From Halomicronema hongdechloris C2206 (GTDB taxonomy: Bacteria; Cyanobacteriota; Cyanobacteriia; Phormidesmidales; Phormidesmidaceae), in NCBI RefSeq assembly GCF_002075285.3, contig NZ_CP021983.2, positions 1,890,001 to 1,922,000 of the forward strand: 32,000 bases of DNA, read 5' to 3'. A program made the position numbers and the translations under genes. Position 1 is the first letter of the stretch. Each line of letters starts with the position of its first letter. Positions 19,012 through 28,123 of this stretch are shown piece after piece. The notes beneath the pieces were generated by a model that was not told where the DNA came from, made no database searches, and saw only the letters and a program-made list of their open reading frames with translations.

Positions 19012-19228
19012 AGGTGGGAATAGACGTCAGTTGCTTTAACACTACGCGGCAACAAGAGATTGTGCCAAGTCAGCGTACTCATGACCAAAAAGGGAGTTAG
19101 TATCTGTCCAGTCTGTCTAGTAAGGATTTTGATGGCCCAGAAGACCCTACCTCCATCGGGAGACGGTTTCGAGAAGATATACTAGTCTAGTGATTTTCCC
19201 ATCCTTAATCTAAGCTGTTCACGCCTGC

Positions 19229-19750
19229 ATGGGTTTTTGGAAGAGTCTATTTCTCGGGTCTGAGTCTGCCGCGTCGCCCAAAGGCCTGCCGTCGCGTGGC
19301 TATCTAGCCGATCTCCCCAACGCTGATGAGAACAGTCGTATCATATTTAGCACCGATCGTGATCTCGATCTCTATGAATTAGAGGAGCTCTGTGATGCCG
19401 TCGGTTGGGCCCGTCGCCCGATTCGCAAGGTGAAAAAGGCGATTCAACACAGCTTTGTCGTCGTCACCATGTGGGAAGAACGGGGAGCGCGGCGACGACT
19501 CATCGGCTTCTCGCGCGCTACCTCAGACCACGCCTTCAATGCAACTATTTGGGATGTGGTCGTCCATCCAGATTTTCAAGGCAAGGGGCTGGGCAAGGCA
19601 TTGATGAAGCAACTGATTAAGACCCTGAGGAATGCAGACATCAGCAATGTCACGCTGTTTGCAGATCCTCATGTCGTCGAGTTTTACCGCAATCTAGGAT
19701 TCATGCCAGACCCAGAGGGAATCAAGGGGATGTTTTGGTATCCTGACTAG
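19229..19750 (+). CDS. GNAT-family N-acetyltransferase
   Basis: Contains the acetyl-CoA binding motif [18 protein letters not shown] and a C-terminal FYRNLGF. Confidence 0.8.
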   Translation: MGFWKSLFLGSESAASPKGLPSRGYLADLPNADENSRIIFSTDRDLDLYELEELCDAVGWARRPIRKVKKAIQHSFVVVTMWEERGARRRLIGFSRATSDHAFNATIWDVVVHPDFQGKGLGKALMKQLIKTLRNADISNVTLFADPHVVEFYRNLGFMPDPEGIKGMFWYPD

Positions 19751-20159
19751 CCAGCAACAGTCGGGCTTCTCGAATCCACACGGCCATCTCAGCGGGGCCA
19801 GGGCAAAGATCAGAGCGGCGTAAGGTTGCGACCTGTAGCCGCTTCACCAGGGGATGTAAGCGACTGAGAGACGTTCGTGCCAATTGGGCCACCGAAGCAA
19901 TACCAGCATGCAGCAACAATCCATTGTATTGACATCCCACACTGGGTAGCCGGGCTAAGTCGGCTAACGCTATCCATTTGTTGACGTAGCGTGGGGTCAG
20001 ACGCAGTGTCGTGGCTAACTGCTGACGGGTCGATTTGGCCTGGCCGTAGCTGAATAAGTCTAAGGTGGTGTGGATGCCTACTTGAGCCAGTTGATGACAG
20101 TGCTCGGGACTGAGGCCAGGCAATTCTGTCAAGTTCCAATTGGACGGGCGCATTACCAT
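19722..20159 (-). CDS. DUF4332 domain protein
   Basis: [26 protein letters not shown] and [27 protein letters not shown] are HhH-like repeats typical of DUF4332. I chose the ATG at 20159 (MVMRPS); the track start at 20243 is also possible. The 3' end overlaps the convergent GNAT gene by 29 nt. Confidence 0.6.
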   Translation of the reverse strand: MVMRPSNWNLTELPGLSPEHCHQLAQVGIHTTLDLFSYGQAKSTRQQLATTLRLTPRYVNKWIALADLARLPSVGCQYNGLLLHAGIASVAQLARTSLSRLHPLVKRLQVATLRRSDLCPGPAEMAVWIREARLLLASQDTKTSP

Positions 20160-20286
20160 GAACTCGGAGAACAGTGGTCTAAATCTGTGCTCCGATGCTA
20201 TCGCTAAACCAACGGAATAGGTGATGAGCTGATTGATAACCATTGGCCCCCATGAGAAAGCGGGCTATACTAGGGGACGAGTCTTA

Positions 20287-20360
20287 CGGGATGTAGCGCA
20301 GCTTGGTAGCGCGCCTGCTTTGGGAGCAGGATGTCGCAGGTTCAAATCCTGTCATCCCGA
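20287..20360 (+). tRNA. tRNA-Pro (anticodon UGG)
   Basis: I folded the cloverleaf by hand. Acceptor: CGGGATG/CATCCCG. D arm: GCGC-AGCTTGGTA-GCGC. Anticodon arm: CCTGC-TTTGGGA-GCAGG. Variable loop: ATGTC. T arm: GCAGG-TTCAAAT-CCTGT. Discriminator: A. No CCA is encoded. Confidence 0.95.
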
Positions 20361-20390
20361 TTTGAAAACCGCTTAGCCAGTCCTGGTTGG

Positions 20391-20439
20391 TATAGTGCTA
20401 GCCAATGTACTGCTAGCCAATATAGTGCTAGCCGATGTA
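20391..20439. repeat. Imperfect 15-bp tandem repeat, 3 full units plus a stub (TATAGTGCTAGCCAA / TGTACTGCTAGCCAA / TATAGTGCTAGCCGA / TGTA)
   Basis: Read directly. It starts 31 nt downstream of tRNA-Pro. Confidence 0.85.
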
Positions 20440-20594
20440 GAGAGTGTCCCAGTCAGCCGCAGTAGTGCTAAAAGGTTTAGTATCTTGAAAAGGCTGATGC
20501 ACAGGAGCTGTTGCGGTCACTAGCTTTGGCTGAAACAGTTTCATCGTGCAGTTTTCGATGCAGTTATAGGCGCAGTTTTAGCGGTCAATACCTT

Positions 20595-21344
20595 ATGAAT
20601 ACTTGGATTCGCACAGCAGTTTGGGGCTTGTTAGGTAGCACCACCCTGGGAATGGTGATAGGACAATCCGCAGCATTAGCCCTACCCCAAAGTGAAATCG
20701 TCACCAAGTTAGAGCGAGTACCCGTTTTCTTAATCCTGAATGGTGATGGGCAGCCGCTGACGGTGTCCCCTTCTGAAGAGCGCCAGGATGCTAAATTTCC
20801 TGTGGTATTCATGGATGCCCAAGAAGCTGAAGAGGCGTTGGATAACGCCCGGGAACAGGACACCAATGCTCAGATAGCACTGCTGGATCTGGGCACCCTC
20901 TATGAGCAGACCCAGACGGACGAGGGGGAAGTGCCTCTGATGTATTTCCCAGAGGAAGATGAACTGCAAGCAGCTACTACCCTCCAGGAAGAGTTTCGGG
21001 GCGTGCCCCTGTTCTTAGCCCGTCAGGGCAGCGATGGTCCCTATCTCACAATTAATCAAAATGGTCAGTCATCTCTGCCAGTCTTCTTCTCGCGGCAGGA
21101 TCTGCAGTCTTTGCTGGATCGATTCTTGCAGCAAAATGCCGAGGTGACGGCTGAGGATATCTCGGTGCAGGTGCTCTCCCTGGAATGGTTGCTGCAGGCA
21201 ATGCGGTCTAATGATGATCCAGCCCTAGATGAACAATTGCAGCAAATCCGTCTATTTCCCTCCTCGGATGTGCTGCAATATGTGCGATCGCAAATCGCAG
21301 AACCCGACTCAGGGGCTGACGGGGTAACCCCAGAGGCTGAATAA
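20595..21344 (+). CDS. Tic22-like periplasmic protein
   Basis: Signal peptide MNTWIRTAVWGLLGSTTLGMVIGQSAALA. There are two Tic22-type repeats: LERVPVFLILNGDGQPLT and GVPLFLARQGSDGPYLTINQNGQSSLPVFFSRQDL. I moved the start to the ATG at 20595. Confidence 0.65.
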   Translation: MNTWIRTAVWGLLGSTTLGMVIGQSAALALPQSEIVTKLERVPVFLILNGDGQPLTVSPSEERQDAKFPVVFMDAQEAEEALDNAREQDTNAQIALLDLGTLYEQTQTDEGEVPLMYFPEEDELQAATTLQEEFRGVPLFLARQGSDGPYLTINQNGQSSLPVFFSRQDLQSLLDRFLQQNAEVTAEDISVQVLSLEWLLQAMRSNDDPALDEQLQQIRLFPSSDVLQYVRSQIAEPDSGADGVTPEAE

Positions 21345-21368
21345 TTACCCTCCCTAAAATCAGCAACC

Positions 21369-21402
21369 CTGGGGCTGACTCCGGTCAGCCCCAGAATTTT
21401 TT
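21369..21402 (+). terminator. Rho-independent terminator downstream of the Tic22-like gene
   Basis: An 11-bp perfect stem (CTGGGGCTGAC/GTCAGCCCCAG) with loop TCCG, followed by AATTTTTTA. Confidence 0.8.
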
Positions 21403-21551
21403 ATGGCATTGGTCAGTCAGCTTAGAACATGACTGCCTGCTCAGTAGACTAGCCGCGGCAGGCTGATGGGTTTGCCACTGCCCAAAGCACCATGCCGGTT
21501 GCTTGGTCTAGCCCCCCTCATTCCTCGGCATGCGGCTGCAAAACCTTGGCC

Positions 21552-21580
21552 AAAAAAAGTCACCCGCCGTAGAGGGTGAC
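21552..21580 (-). terminator. Rho-independent terminator downstream of the sugar transferase gene
   Basis: On the minus strand the sequence is GTCACCC-TCTACGGC-GGGTGAC followed by T7 (the A7 run at 21552-21558 on the plus strand). It begins 38 nt after the stop at 21619. Confidence 0.75.
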
Positions 21581-21618
21581 CCTGAGATTAACGAGGTTAG
21601 GGTGAACCGATGACCTCT

Positions 21619-22323
21619 TTAGTAAGCTCCCTTACGGGTTAGCACCACCAAGATAGTTTGCATAATCAGGCTCAGGTCATACCAAACAGACCAGTGTTGC
21701 TGGTAGCTAACATCCATGGCAACGATCTGTTCAAAGTCATTCACTCCCGAACGCCCCTTGACTTGCCATTCCCCGGTGATGCCGGGTTTAACATGCAGCC
21801 GTTGCCAGTGATGACGGCGGTACTGCATCACCTCACTGACGGTCGGGGGACGGGTTCCCACCAAGCTCATATCCCCCATCAGCACGTTCCAGAATTGGGG
21901 GAGCTCATCGAGACTGGTGCGACGCAGAAAGCGGCCAACACGAGTGATGCGGGGATCGTTTTTGTTCTTAAAAATCAGCCCCTGAGCCTCGTTGTTGACT
22001 AAGTGCTGCAGGCGATCCGCATCGCGCACCATGGAGCGAAACTTCCAGATACGGAAGGTCTTACCCTGGTGACCACAGCGGACTTGGCTGTAAAGAATCG
22101 AACCGGGATTATCGAACTGAATTGCAATGACGATGGGGATGGCAATAATTGTCGTCAGGACCAACCCCACCAGGGCACCCACCACATCGATCAAGCGCTT
22201 CCAAGAGCTAGTCACCGATGGATGCAGAGGAGCCGCAGCCGCAGCCGACTGGGCAATCACCGGATTGGTACGACCTCCTAGTAGAGGTGAAGCATCTGCA
22301 GCTGAGGGTTGTTGAGAGGTCAT
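21619..22323 (-). CDS. Bacterial sugar transferase (polyprenyl-phosphate hexose-1-phosphate transferase; WbaP/EpsL-like small form)
   Basis: One TM helix ([18 protein letters not shown]) followed by KFRSM...[22 protein letters not shown]...[14 protein letters not shown] moved the start to the ATG at 22323 (MTSQQ). Confidence 0.8.
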   Translation of the reverse strand: MTSQQPSAADASPLLGGRTNPVIAQSAAAAAPLHPSVTSSWKRLIDVVGALVGLVLTTIIAIPIVIAIQFDNPGSILYSQVRCGHQGKTFRIWKFRSMVRDADRLQHLVNNEAQGLIFKNKNDPRITRVGRFLRRTSLDELPQFWNVLMGDMSLVGTRPPTVSEVMQYRRHHWQRLHVKPGITGEWQVKGRSGVNDFEQIVAMDVSYQQHWSVWYDLSLIMQTILVVLTRKGAY

Positions 22324-22764
22324 TGGAATAGAAAGATTAGGACCTGTAACCACGCTCGCCTTCTGCCTCCTTAAACTCGTTAGGCATCGGTTCAGTCTTA
22401 TCCTAGGGGCCAGCATTTCAGAGCTGGTTAAAATTACCGAGCAATTCGTCTAATCTTTGAACTGCCTCAGCCTAGTATGAAGCTACTACGGATTTTTACG
22501 GAGAAGATGCTAACTAGGCTACAAACATTTACGGCAGAAACCCTGATATCCGGTAAGCTGAAGCAGCCCAATGGGCACCTGCAACCAGACCAGCGACCTT
22601 TTTGGTCCCTGGGATTGCAGGATCCTTACGCTGACGAAGCCTGTATCGGTAGATGCTAAATCTTAGAGTGGCCACCGAGATTGACGGTCGCCTAGGCTAC
22701 TTGACACCATCGGCCATGGCTAACGATTGCCTGCAAGCAAGCAAGGTGCTTCCCGTAATCACGC

Positions 22765-23991
22765 CTAGGTGGCCAAACGATGGATCAGATGATCGAACAA
22801 GTGATGGGCCAACTCCAATTTGGGACACAGCGCCATTGCCTGTTGCCCTCCATGACGATCCAACACCACCGCCTGGTTCCAATCGGAGCCAAATCCACCG
22901 GTTGGTTGATCGATTGGGTTGGCGACGATGGCATCTAACCCCTTAGCCTGGAGCTTGGCCATAGCCGCTGGAACCACCTGACCTGTTTGAGCGGCAAAGC
23001 CGATCAGGCGCTGGTGAGGCTGTTTGCGCCGGGCCAGGTCGGCGGCGATATCTGGCACTGGTAGTAAAGGCAACGCCTCGGGCAATTTAGCCTTGGGTAG
23101 TTTTTCGGGAAATGACTGGGCTGGCTTTACATCAGCGACAGCCGCCGCTAAGAAGATCCAGTCAGCCTGAGGCAAGACAGTCACCATTGCCTGCTGCATC
23201 GCCTCGGCATCGGTCACGGCAATGGTCTCAATGCCCTCTAGGGGCTGCAGCAATTCGGCGGCGACCGACCCGTGAATCAATGTCACTTGGGCCCCGCGAT
23301 GGTAAGCTGCCTGAGCTAGGGCAATGCCCATCTTGCCACTGGCTGGATTGCCGATGAAGCGTACGGCATCTAGGTATTCGCGGGTACTACCGGTATTGAT
23401 CACAACCCGCTGTCCGCTCAGGTCACGGTCCCCTTGGGTGTGTAGCAGAGATCGAATATGGGCCAGGATTTGAGCCGGTTCTGCTAGGCGACCCGGGCCG
23501 GTGCGATCGCAAGCCAATCGTCCGGCCCCGGGACCGACCCAGTGACTTCTGGGATCTTGTTGCAGCCGTTGCCAGTTGCGCTGGACCGAGGGTTGCCACC
23601 ACATATCGGTATTCATCGCCGGGGCCAGCAATAGCGGTGCCGTCGACGCCAAAACCGTATTAGTCAACAAATTATCGGCCAATCCCAGGGCCAGCTTTGC
23701 CAGGGAATTGGCCGTCAGCGGTGCCAATACCAGCACCTCGGCCCACTCTCCCAGAGCAATGTGCAAGGGGCGAGCGTGGGTTGGCTGCCAAAAATCAGCG
23801 TCGGTGTAAGCAGGGTGGCGGCACAGGGTCGCCACCGTCAGGGGAGTGACAAATGCCTGGGCCGCCTCCGTCAGCACGGCTCGTACCTCCACCCCTTCCT
23901 TCACCAGGGTAGAAATTACCCCTACCGCCTTATAGGCAGCGATGCCCCCTCCTATGCCTATTAATACCCGCCGCGTCTGATTCAACTGCAT
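22765..23991 (-). CDS. coaBC: Bifunctional phosphopantothenoylcysteine decarboxylase / phosphopantothenate-cysteine ligase
   Basis: The N-terminus is flavoprotein-like ([14 protein letters not shown]...PAMNTDMW) and the C-terminus is CoaB-like ([25 protein letters not shown]). I moved the start to the ATG at 23991 (MQLNQ). Confidence 0.9.
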   Translation of the reverse strand: MQLNQTRRVLIGIGGGIAAYKAVGVISTLVKEGVEVRAVLTEAAQAFVTPLTVATLCRHPAYTDADFWQPTHARPLHIALGEWAEVLVLAPLTANSLAKLALGLADNLLTNTVLASTAPLLLAPAMNTDMWWQPSVQRNWQRLQQDPRSHWVGPGAGRLACDRTGPGRLAEPAQILAHIRSLLHTQGDRDLSGQRVVINTGSTREYLDAVRFIGNPASGKMGIALAQAAYHRGAQVTLIHGSVAAELLQPLEGIETIAVTDAEAMQQAMVTVLPQADWIFLAAAVADVKPAQSFPEKLPKAKLPEALPLLPVPDIAADLARRKQPHQRLIGFAAQTGQVVPAAMAKLQAKGLDAIVANPIDQPTGGFGSDWNQAVVLDRHGGQQAMALCPKLELAHHLFDHLIHRLAT

Positions 23992-24116
23992 CTTCAGCAA
24001 TGGATTGCCTAATACTCTGCGGCAGACATAACACCGCCATGGACTAGAGGGCAAGGCTGCATGTATCAGGTCGCACGGACACTCCCTTATTGTCCTCTGG
24101 CGTCTGCCTTAGCGCC

Positions 24117-24329
24117 CTACGCCTCATCAAAGGGTTCGATATCCAGGAGGTGCCCGTAGGGAGTCGCGAGTTCTGGGCGTTGAAAGGCGATTGCCCGCAG
24201 TAAATGCCAGTCTTGCAGCCCTTCAAAGGCATTATCATAGGCGTCTTGCTCCAGGCGCTTAGCCAGCTCTGCGACGGACTCCGGTGTCATTTCGGAGATC
24301 GTCTCCTGGGACACATGTAAGGTCGTCAT
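24117..24329 (-). CDS. Small conserved-looking hypothetical protein (70 aa)
   Basis: The ORF is clean, acidic and helical (MTTLHVSQETISEMTPESVAELAKRLEQDAYDNAFEGLQDWHLLRAIAF...) with codon usage like its neighbours. I cannot assign a family with confidence. Confidence 0.45.
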   Translation of the reverse strand: MTTLHVSQETISEMTPESVAELAKRLEQDAYDNAFEGLQDWHLLRAIAFQRPELATPYGHLLDIEPFDEA

Positions 24330-24545
24330 AACTATCCCCCTTCTATCTGCATAGCAGATGCTGTTTCACTGCTTATGCTATCGGCTAGGCACCTAGGTCA
24401 TGGTGAGTTCGCGTCAATTCTTTGTAAAGTCACCTCGGCAAACCCACAAGTCCTGTCAGTCCAGCGCGAACGCTACCGTTTTTCCTGGGGGCATCTTCTA
24501 GGGTTGACCGGGGACACCGCTTGAAGCTACTAGGAAAGCCACAGG

Positions 24546-25229
24546 TTAGGATCGCCTTTCAGAGTCCTGAGGCTTCCCACTCAGATGAGTCAACGCTGTC
24601 CTGATTAGGGTCAATGCCTGGGGTGAAATTTCGTGCCCCATGGGTAATTCGTGGTATTGCACCGATAGCCCTGCTGCCTGTAGGGTGGCGCGCGCCTGCT
24701 GAGCTAGGGCCAGCGGCACCACTGGATCAAAAGTTCCGTGCACCATCACAATGGGGCGAGGCGTTACGGTGGCTGGCAACGGACCATGGCAGTAACCGCT
24801 GAGGATGATCAATCCGGCTAGGGGTAAGCTCAAGCCCACGTCTAGGGCCATGGCTCCCCCTTGGGAAAAGCCAGCCAGCACCGTGCGGGTTAAGGGAATA
24901 CCGGAGTCCTCTGGTAACGATCGCAGCCACTGGGAAAGGCGTTGACGGCTCTCCTGCAGATCAGATTGCTGATGTAGAGCAGGGGGAGCATCGGCATTAA
25001 ATTGGGCTGGCAAGTCGTACCACATTCGTCCCCCTGGGGCATAGGGATGGGCAAAGGGAGCTTCCGGGAAAGAAAAGCGCACCCCTGGCAGGGTGATGTA
25101 ACTGGTGAGTCCTACCAGGTCACTGGCATTGGCGCCCCAACCGTGGAGAGCGACGACTAGCCAATCATCAGGCTGCGGAGAGGCAATGGGTAGGGAAAGG
25201 GCAGTCAGCGTCAGGGGAATCATCTCCAT
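24546..25229 (-). CDS. Phospholipase/carboxylesterase-family alpha/beta hydrolase
   Basis: Contains LVVALHGWGAN, the nucleophile elbow GFSQGG and a C-terminal MGHEI. I moved the start to the ATG at 25229 (MEMIPL), which removes the overlap with pgsA. Confidence 0.75.
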   Translation of the reverse strand: MEMIPLTLTALSLPIASPQPDDWLVVALHGWGANASDLVGLTSYITLPGVRFSFPEAPFAHPYAPGGRMWYDLPAQFNADAPPALHQQSDLQESRQRLSQWLRSLPEDSGIPLTRTVLAGFSQGGAMALDVGLSLPLAGLIILSGYCHGPLPATVTPRPIVMVHGTFDPVVPLALAQQARATLQAAGLSVQYHELPMGHEISPQALTLIRTALTHLSGKPQDSERRS

Positions 25230-25323
25230 GAATGAAATCGCCTCTTGAAATCGCCTCTTATTGTAGAAGGGGCAGCGCCGCATTCCCGATGTATGTCCGT
25301 CCTGGGACTCCCCAGTTACCGCA

Positions 25324-25842
25324 ATGACCCTTGCTACCAAAATTACCGCCTCACGCCTATTGGCAGTGCCACTACTGCTCTACTGGCTGCAGTCGCCGAC
25401 CGCAACCGAGCAATGGCTAGCCTTGGGGATTTTTTTGCTGGCAGCGGGAACTGACTGGCTAGATGGCTATGTCGCCCGCCGCCTGAATCAAGTTTCGGAT
25501 CTAGGTAAATTTTTAGACCCCCTAGTCGATAAGTTATTGGTGCTAGCCCCCTTGATAGCTTTGGTGGAGCTACGGGTATTGCCAGCTTGGGGGGTGTTTT
25601 TGATCCTGGCTCGAGAATTAGCTGTAGCGGGCTGGCGGGTAACCCCGACTCTACAGGCCGCAGGGGTGCCGGGCGCTAACCTGTGGGGAAAGGCAAAAAC
25701 CGGGGTGCAAATCCTTGCCATTGCCCTGCTGCTAGCCCCGTTGCCTGCTCCCTGGCCAGACATTGCTCAGGTCAGTTTCTGGCTGGCGGTGGTGCTGACC
25801 TGGGTATCTGGGGTAGTTTATCTCTGGCCTAAATCGTCATGA
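25324..25842 (+). CDS. pgsA: CDP-diacylglycerol--glycerol-3-phosphate 3-phosphatidyltransferase
   Basis: Contains the CDP-alcohol phosphatidyltransferase motif DGYVARRLNQVSDLGKFLDPLVDK. It is a 172-aa polytopic membrane protein. Confidence 0.85.
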   Translation: MTLATKITASRLLAVPLLLYWLQSPTATEQWLALGIFLLAAGTDWLDGYVARRLNQVSDLGKFLDPLVDKLLVLAPLIALVELRVLPAWGVFLILARELAVAGWRVTPTLQAAGVPGANLWGKAKTGVQILAIALLLAPLPAPWPDIAQVSFWLAVVLTWVSGVVYLWPKSS

Positions 25843-25958
25843 GTCTCGCCGCTGGCTCTCTCTTATAATAGGAGCTTACGATTTTTCTCCAGAACCGTGA
25901 TAGTAATCTGTTGGTTGCGATCGCAGGGTCTGTCGTTGCTTAGTGTTGCTTCTTACCT

Positions 25959-27521
25959 ATGGCCTCAGATTCCATTTCATCGGATGCCCACAGTGGTTCC
26001 TCACGCGAGGACATTCGCGCCGCTCGCCTCGACAAGGTAGCGCAACTACAGCAGCTTGGTGTCAATCCCTTTGCCTATAAATGGACCACCACCCACACCG
26101 CCGCTGATTTACAGGCCAAGTATGCCGACCTAGACGCGGGGGCAGAGTTGGATGTGGAGATCTCTGTAGCAGGCCGAATTATGGCCCGGCGTGTGTTTGG
26201 TAAGCTGGCCTTCTTTGGGCTCCAGGACGAAACTGGGACCATTCAGCTCTACCTCGACAAGAAAACCATTCAACAGGGCATGGCGGACAGGGATCCCCAG
26301 GCCTTCAATCACCTGAAGCACCTCACGGATGTGGGCGATATCCTCGGCGCCCACGGCACCCTGAAGCGCACCGAGAAGGGGGAACTATCGGTGAAGGTGC
26401 AGCAGTATGCCATGTTGACTAAATCCTTGCTGCCCCTACCCGATAAATGGCATGGCCTCACCGATGTGGCCAAGCGCTATCGCCAACGCTATGTGGATTT
26501 GATCGTCAACCCCGAGGTGCGCCAGACCTTTCGCCAGCGAGCCTTGATTACTGCTGGTATCCGTCGTTACTTAGAGGATCGAGGGTTTTTAGAAATTGAA
26601 ACGCCGGTGCTTCAAACCGACGCCGGAGGGGCAGAGGCGCGCCCCTTTACCACCTATCACAATGCCCTGGAGATGCCCCTCTACCTGCGCATCGCCACAG
26701 AACTGCACCTGAAACGGTTGGTCGTGGGCGGCTTTGAAAAAGTCTTCGAAATTGGCCGCATTTTTCGCAATGAAGGGGTCTCTACCCGCCACAATCCAGA
26801 ATTTACCAGCGTCGAATTTTATCAGGCTTACGCCGACTACCACGATTTCATGGCACTCACTGAAGAGATGGTGGCCACCATTGCCCAAGAGGTGCTGGGA
26901 ACTCTGAGCATTACCTATCAGGGTGACACCATTGACCTCAGCCCTCCCTGGCGGCGGGTAACCATGCATGAGCTGGTGCAGGCGCATACGGGGCTAGACT
27001 TTCACCAATTTGCCACTCTGGCGGAGGCCAAGGCGGCAGTCAAGCAGCTGAACTTGCATGGGGTGGAAGACTGTGACTCGCTGGGGAAGCTGCTGAATCA
27101 AGTGTTTGAGCAAACCATCGAAGCCACCTTGATTCAACCCACGTTTCTGATGGACCATCCGCTGGAAATTTCTCCCCTATCGAAGCCCCATCGCAGTAAG
27201 CCAGGAGTAGTCGAGCGGTTTGAATTATTTATCGCCGGGCGGGAGACGGCCAACGGCTTCTCGGAGCTGACCGATCCCATCGATCAACGCCAGCGGTTTG
27301 AACAGCAGGCGGCCCGCAAGGCGGCTGGCGATCTAGAAGCTCAGGGGGTGGACGAAGATTTCCTCACGGCTCTGGAGTATGGCATGCCCCCGACCTGTGG
27401 GGCTGGCATCGGTATCGATCGGCTGGTGATGTTGTTGACCGACTGTGCTAGCATTCGCGATGCGATCGCATTTCCCCTACTCAAACCCGACCGTGGCGAC
27501 GACACCGAGAAAACTCCATAG
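25959..27521 (+). CDS. lysS: Lysine--tRNA ligase, class II
   Basis: 520 aa. It has an OB-fold N-domain ([27 protein letters not shown]), motif 2 ([18 protein letters not shown]) and motif 3 ([13 protein letters not shown]). Confidence 0.95.
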   Translation: MASDSISSDAHSGSSREDIRAARLDKVAQLQQLGVNPFAYKWTTTHTAADLQAKYADLDAGAELDVEISVAGRIMARRVFGKLAFFGLQDETGTIQLYLDKKTIQQGMADRDPQAFNHLKHLTDVGDILGAHGTLKRTEKGELSVKVQQYAMLTKSLLPLPDKWHGLTDVAKRYRQRYVDLIVNPEVRQTFRQRALITAGIRRYLEDRGFLEIETPVLQTDAGGAEARPFTTYHNALEMPLYLRIATELHLKRLVVGGFEKVFEIGRIFRNEGVSTRHNPEFTSVEFYQAYADYHDFMALTEEMVATIAQEVLGTLSITYQGDTIDLSPPWRRVTMHELVQAHTGLDFHQFATLAEAKAAVKQLNLHGVEDCDSLGKLLNQVFEQTIEATLIQPTFLMDHPLEISPLSKPHRSKPGVVERFELFIAGRETANGFSELTDPIDQRQRFEQQAARKAAGDLEAQGVDEDFLTALEYGMPPTCGAGIGIDRLVMLLTDCASIRDAIAFPLLKPDRGDDTEKTP

Positions 27522-28123
27522 CCCTGGCTCCCAAACCAGCCACTAGACCAACGGATGGTAGTCTGGACGGCTGTTCCCCCGGCCCTAAATACGGTAAACC
27601 TAAGGCAAGGAGCGGTAGCTCCCGCGAGTCTGCGAAACAGTAACGAGATCTCCACCACGGAGGTGTTGGCTGTCGGCGTGTGTTCTCATCTGTCTATGAC
27701 GTTCCTCAATCTGGTCTTCCCTGATTTCCACAGAATTGCCAGAGGGTCTAGAAAAATGAGATAGGCTGAAAGCAAAAAATATCGCGTTGGCCAGATAGCT
27801 GGGGACAGTCAATATTGGTCAAGGTCCCAGCTGGTATGCCCAGGCAGAAGTAGGAAGGCAGCTTGCCCTGAGCCTTAGTCATGGGGAAGACAGCAGGAGA
27901 AATCCTGATCAATACACAGCCTTTCCGCGCGAGGCGTTCTTTCTGCCCCAGAGTACCAGCAAGCTATCTGGCGGTGACCGTACCATGCTCCTGTGGTGGT
28001 TACCCTCCCAGTTACCAGGAATGGTTCTCTGGGTACCTTTAGGTTGATGTTGTTAGCCTCCAGATTGGCTTAGAGGCTGCTTCTAGCGCTCCCACCGTTG
28101 ACTGCCCTCGTGCAAACGACACC

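Noticed and set aside
20287-21344. Genomic island integrated at tRNA-Pro
   Set aside because: There is no integrase, no duplicated tRNA 3' end, and the downstream gene is a core Tic22-like gene with the same composition by eye as its surroundings.
22653-22946. 97-aa plus-strand ORF overlapping the 3' end of coaBC
   Set aside because: It is antisense to the well-supported coaBC frame and has no recognisable features.
27531-27600. tRNA-like string on the minus strand (…CCGTTGGTCTAGTGGCTGGTTTGGGAGCCAGGG…), resembling a D-loop plus a Pro-type anticodon loop
   Set aside because: The anticodon loop would be 8 nt. No T arm or acceptor 3' strand follows, because the sequence runs into the lysS coding region. 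I could not fold a cloverleaf.
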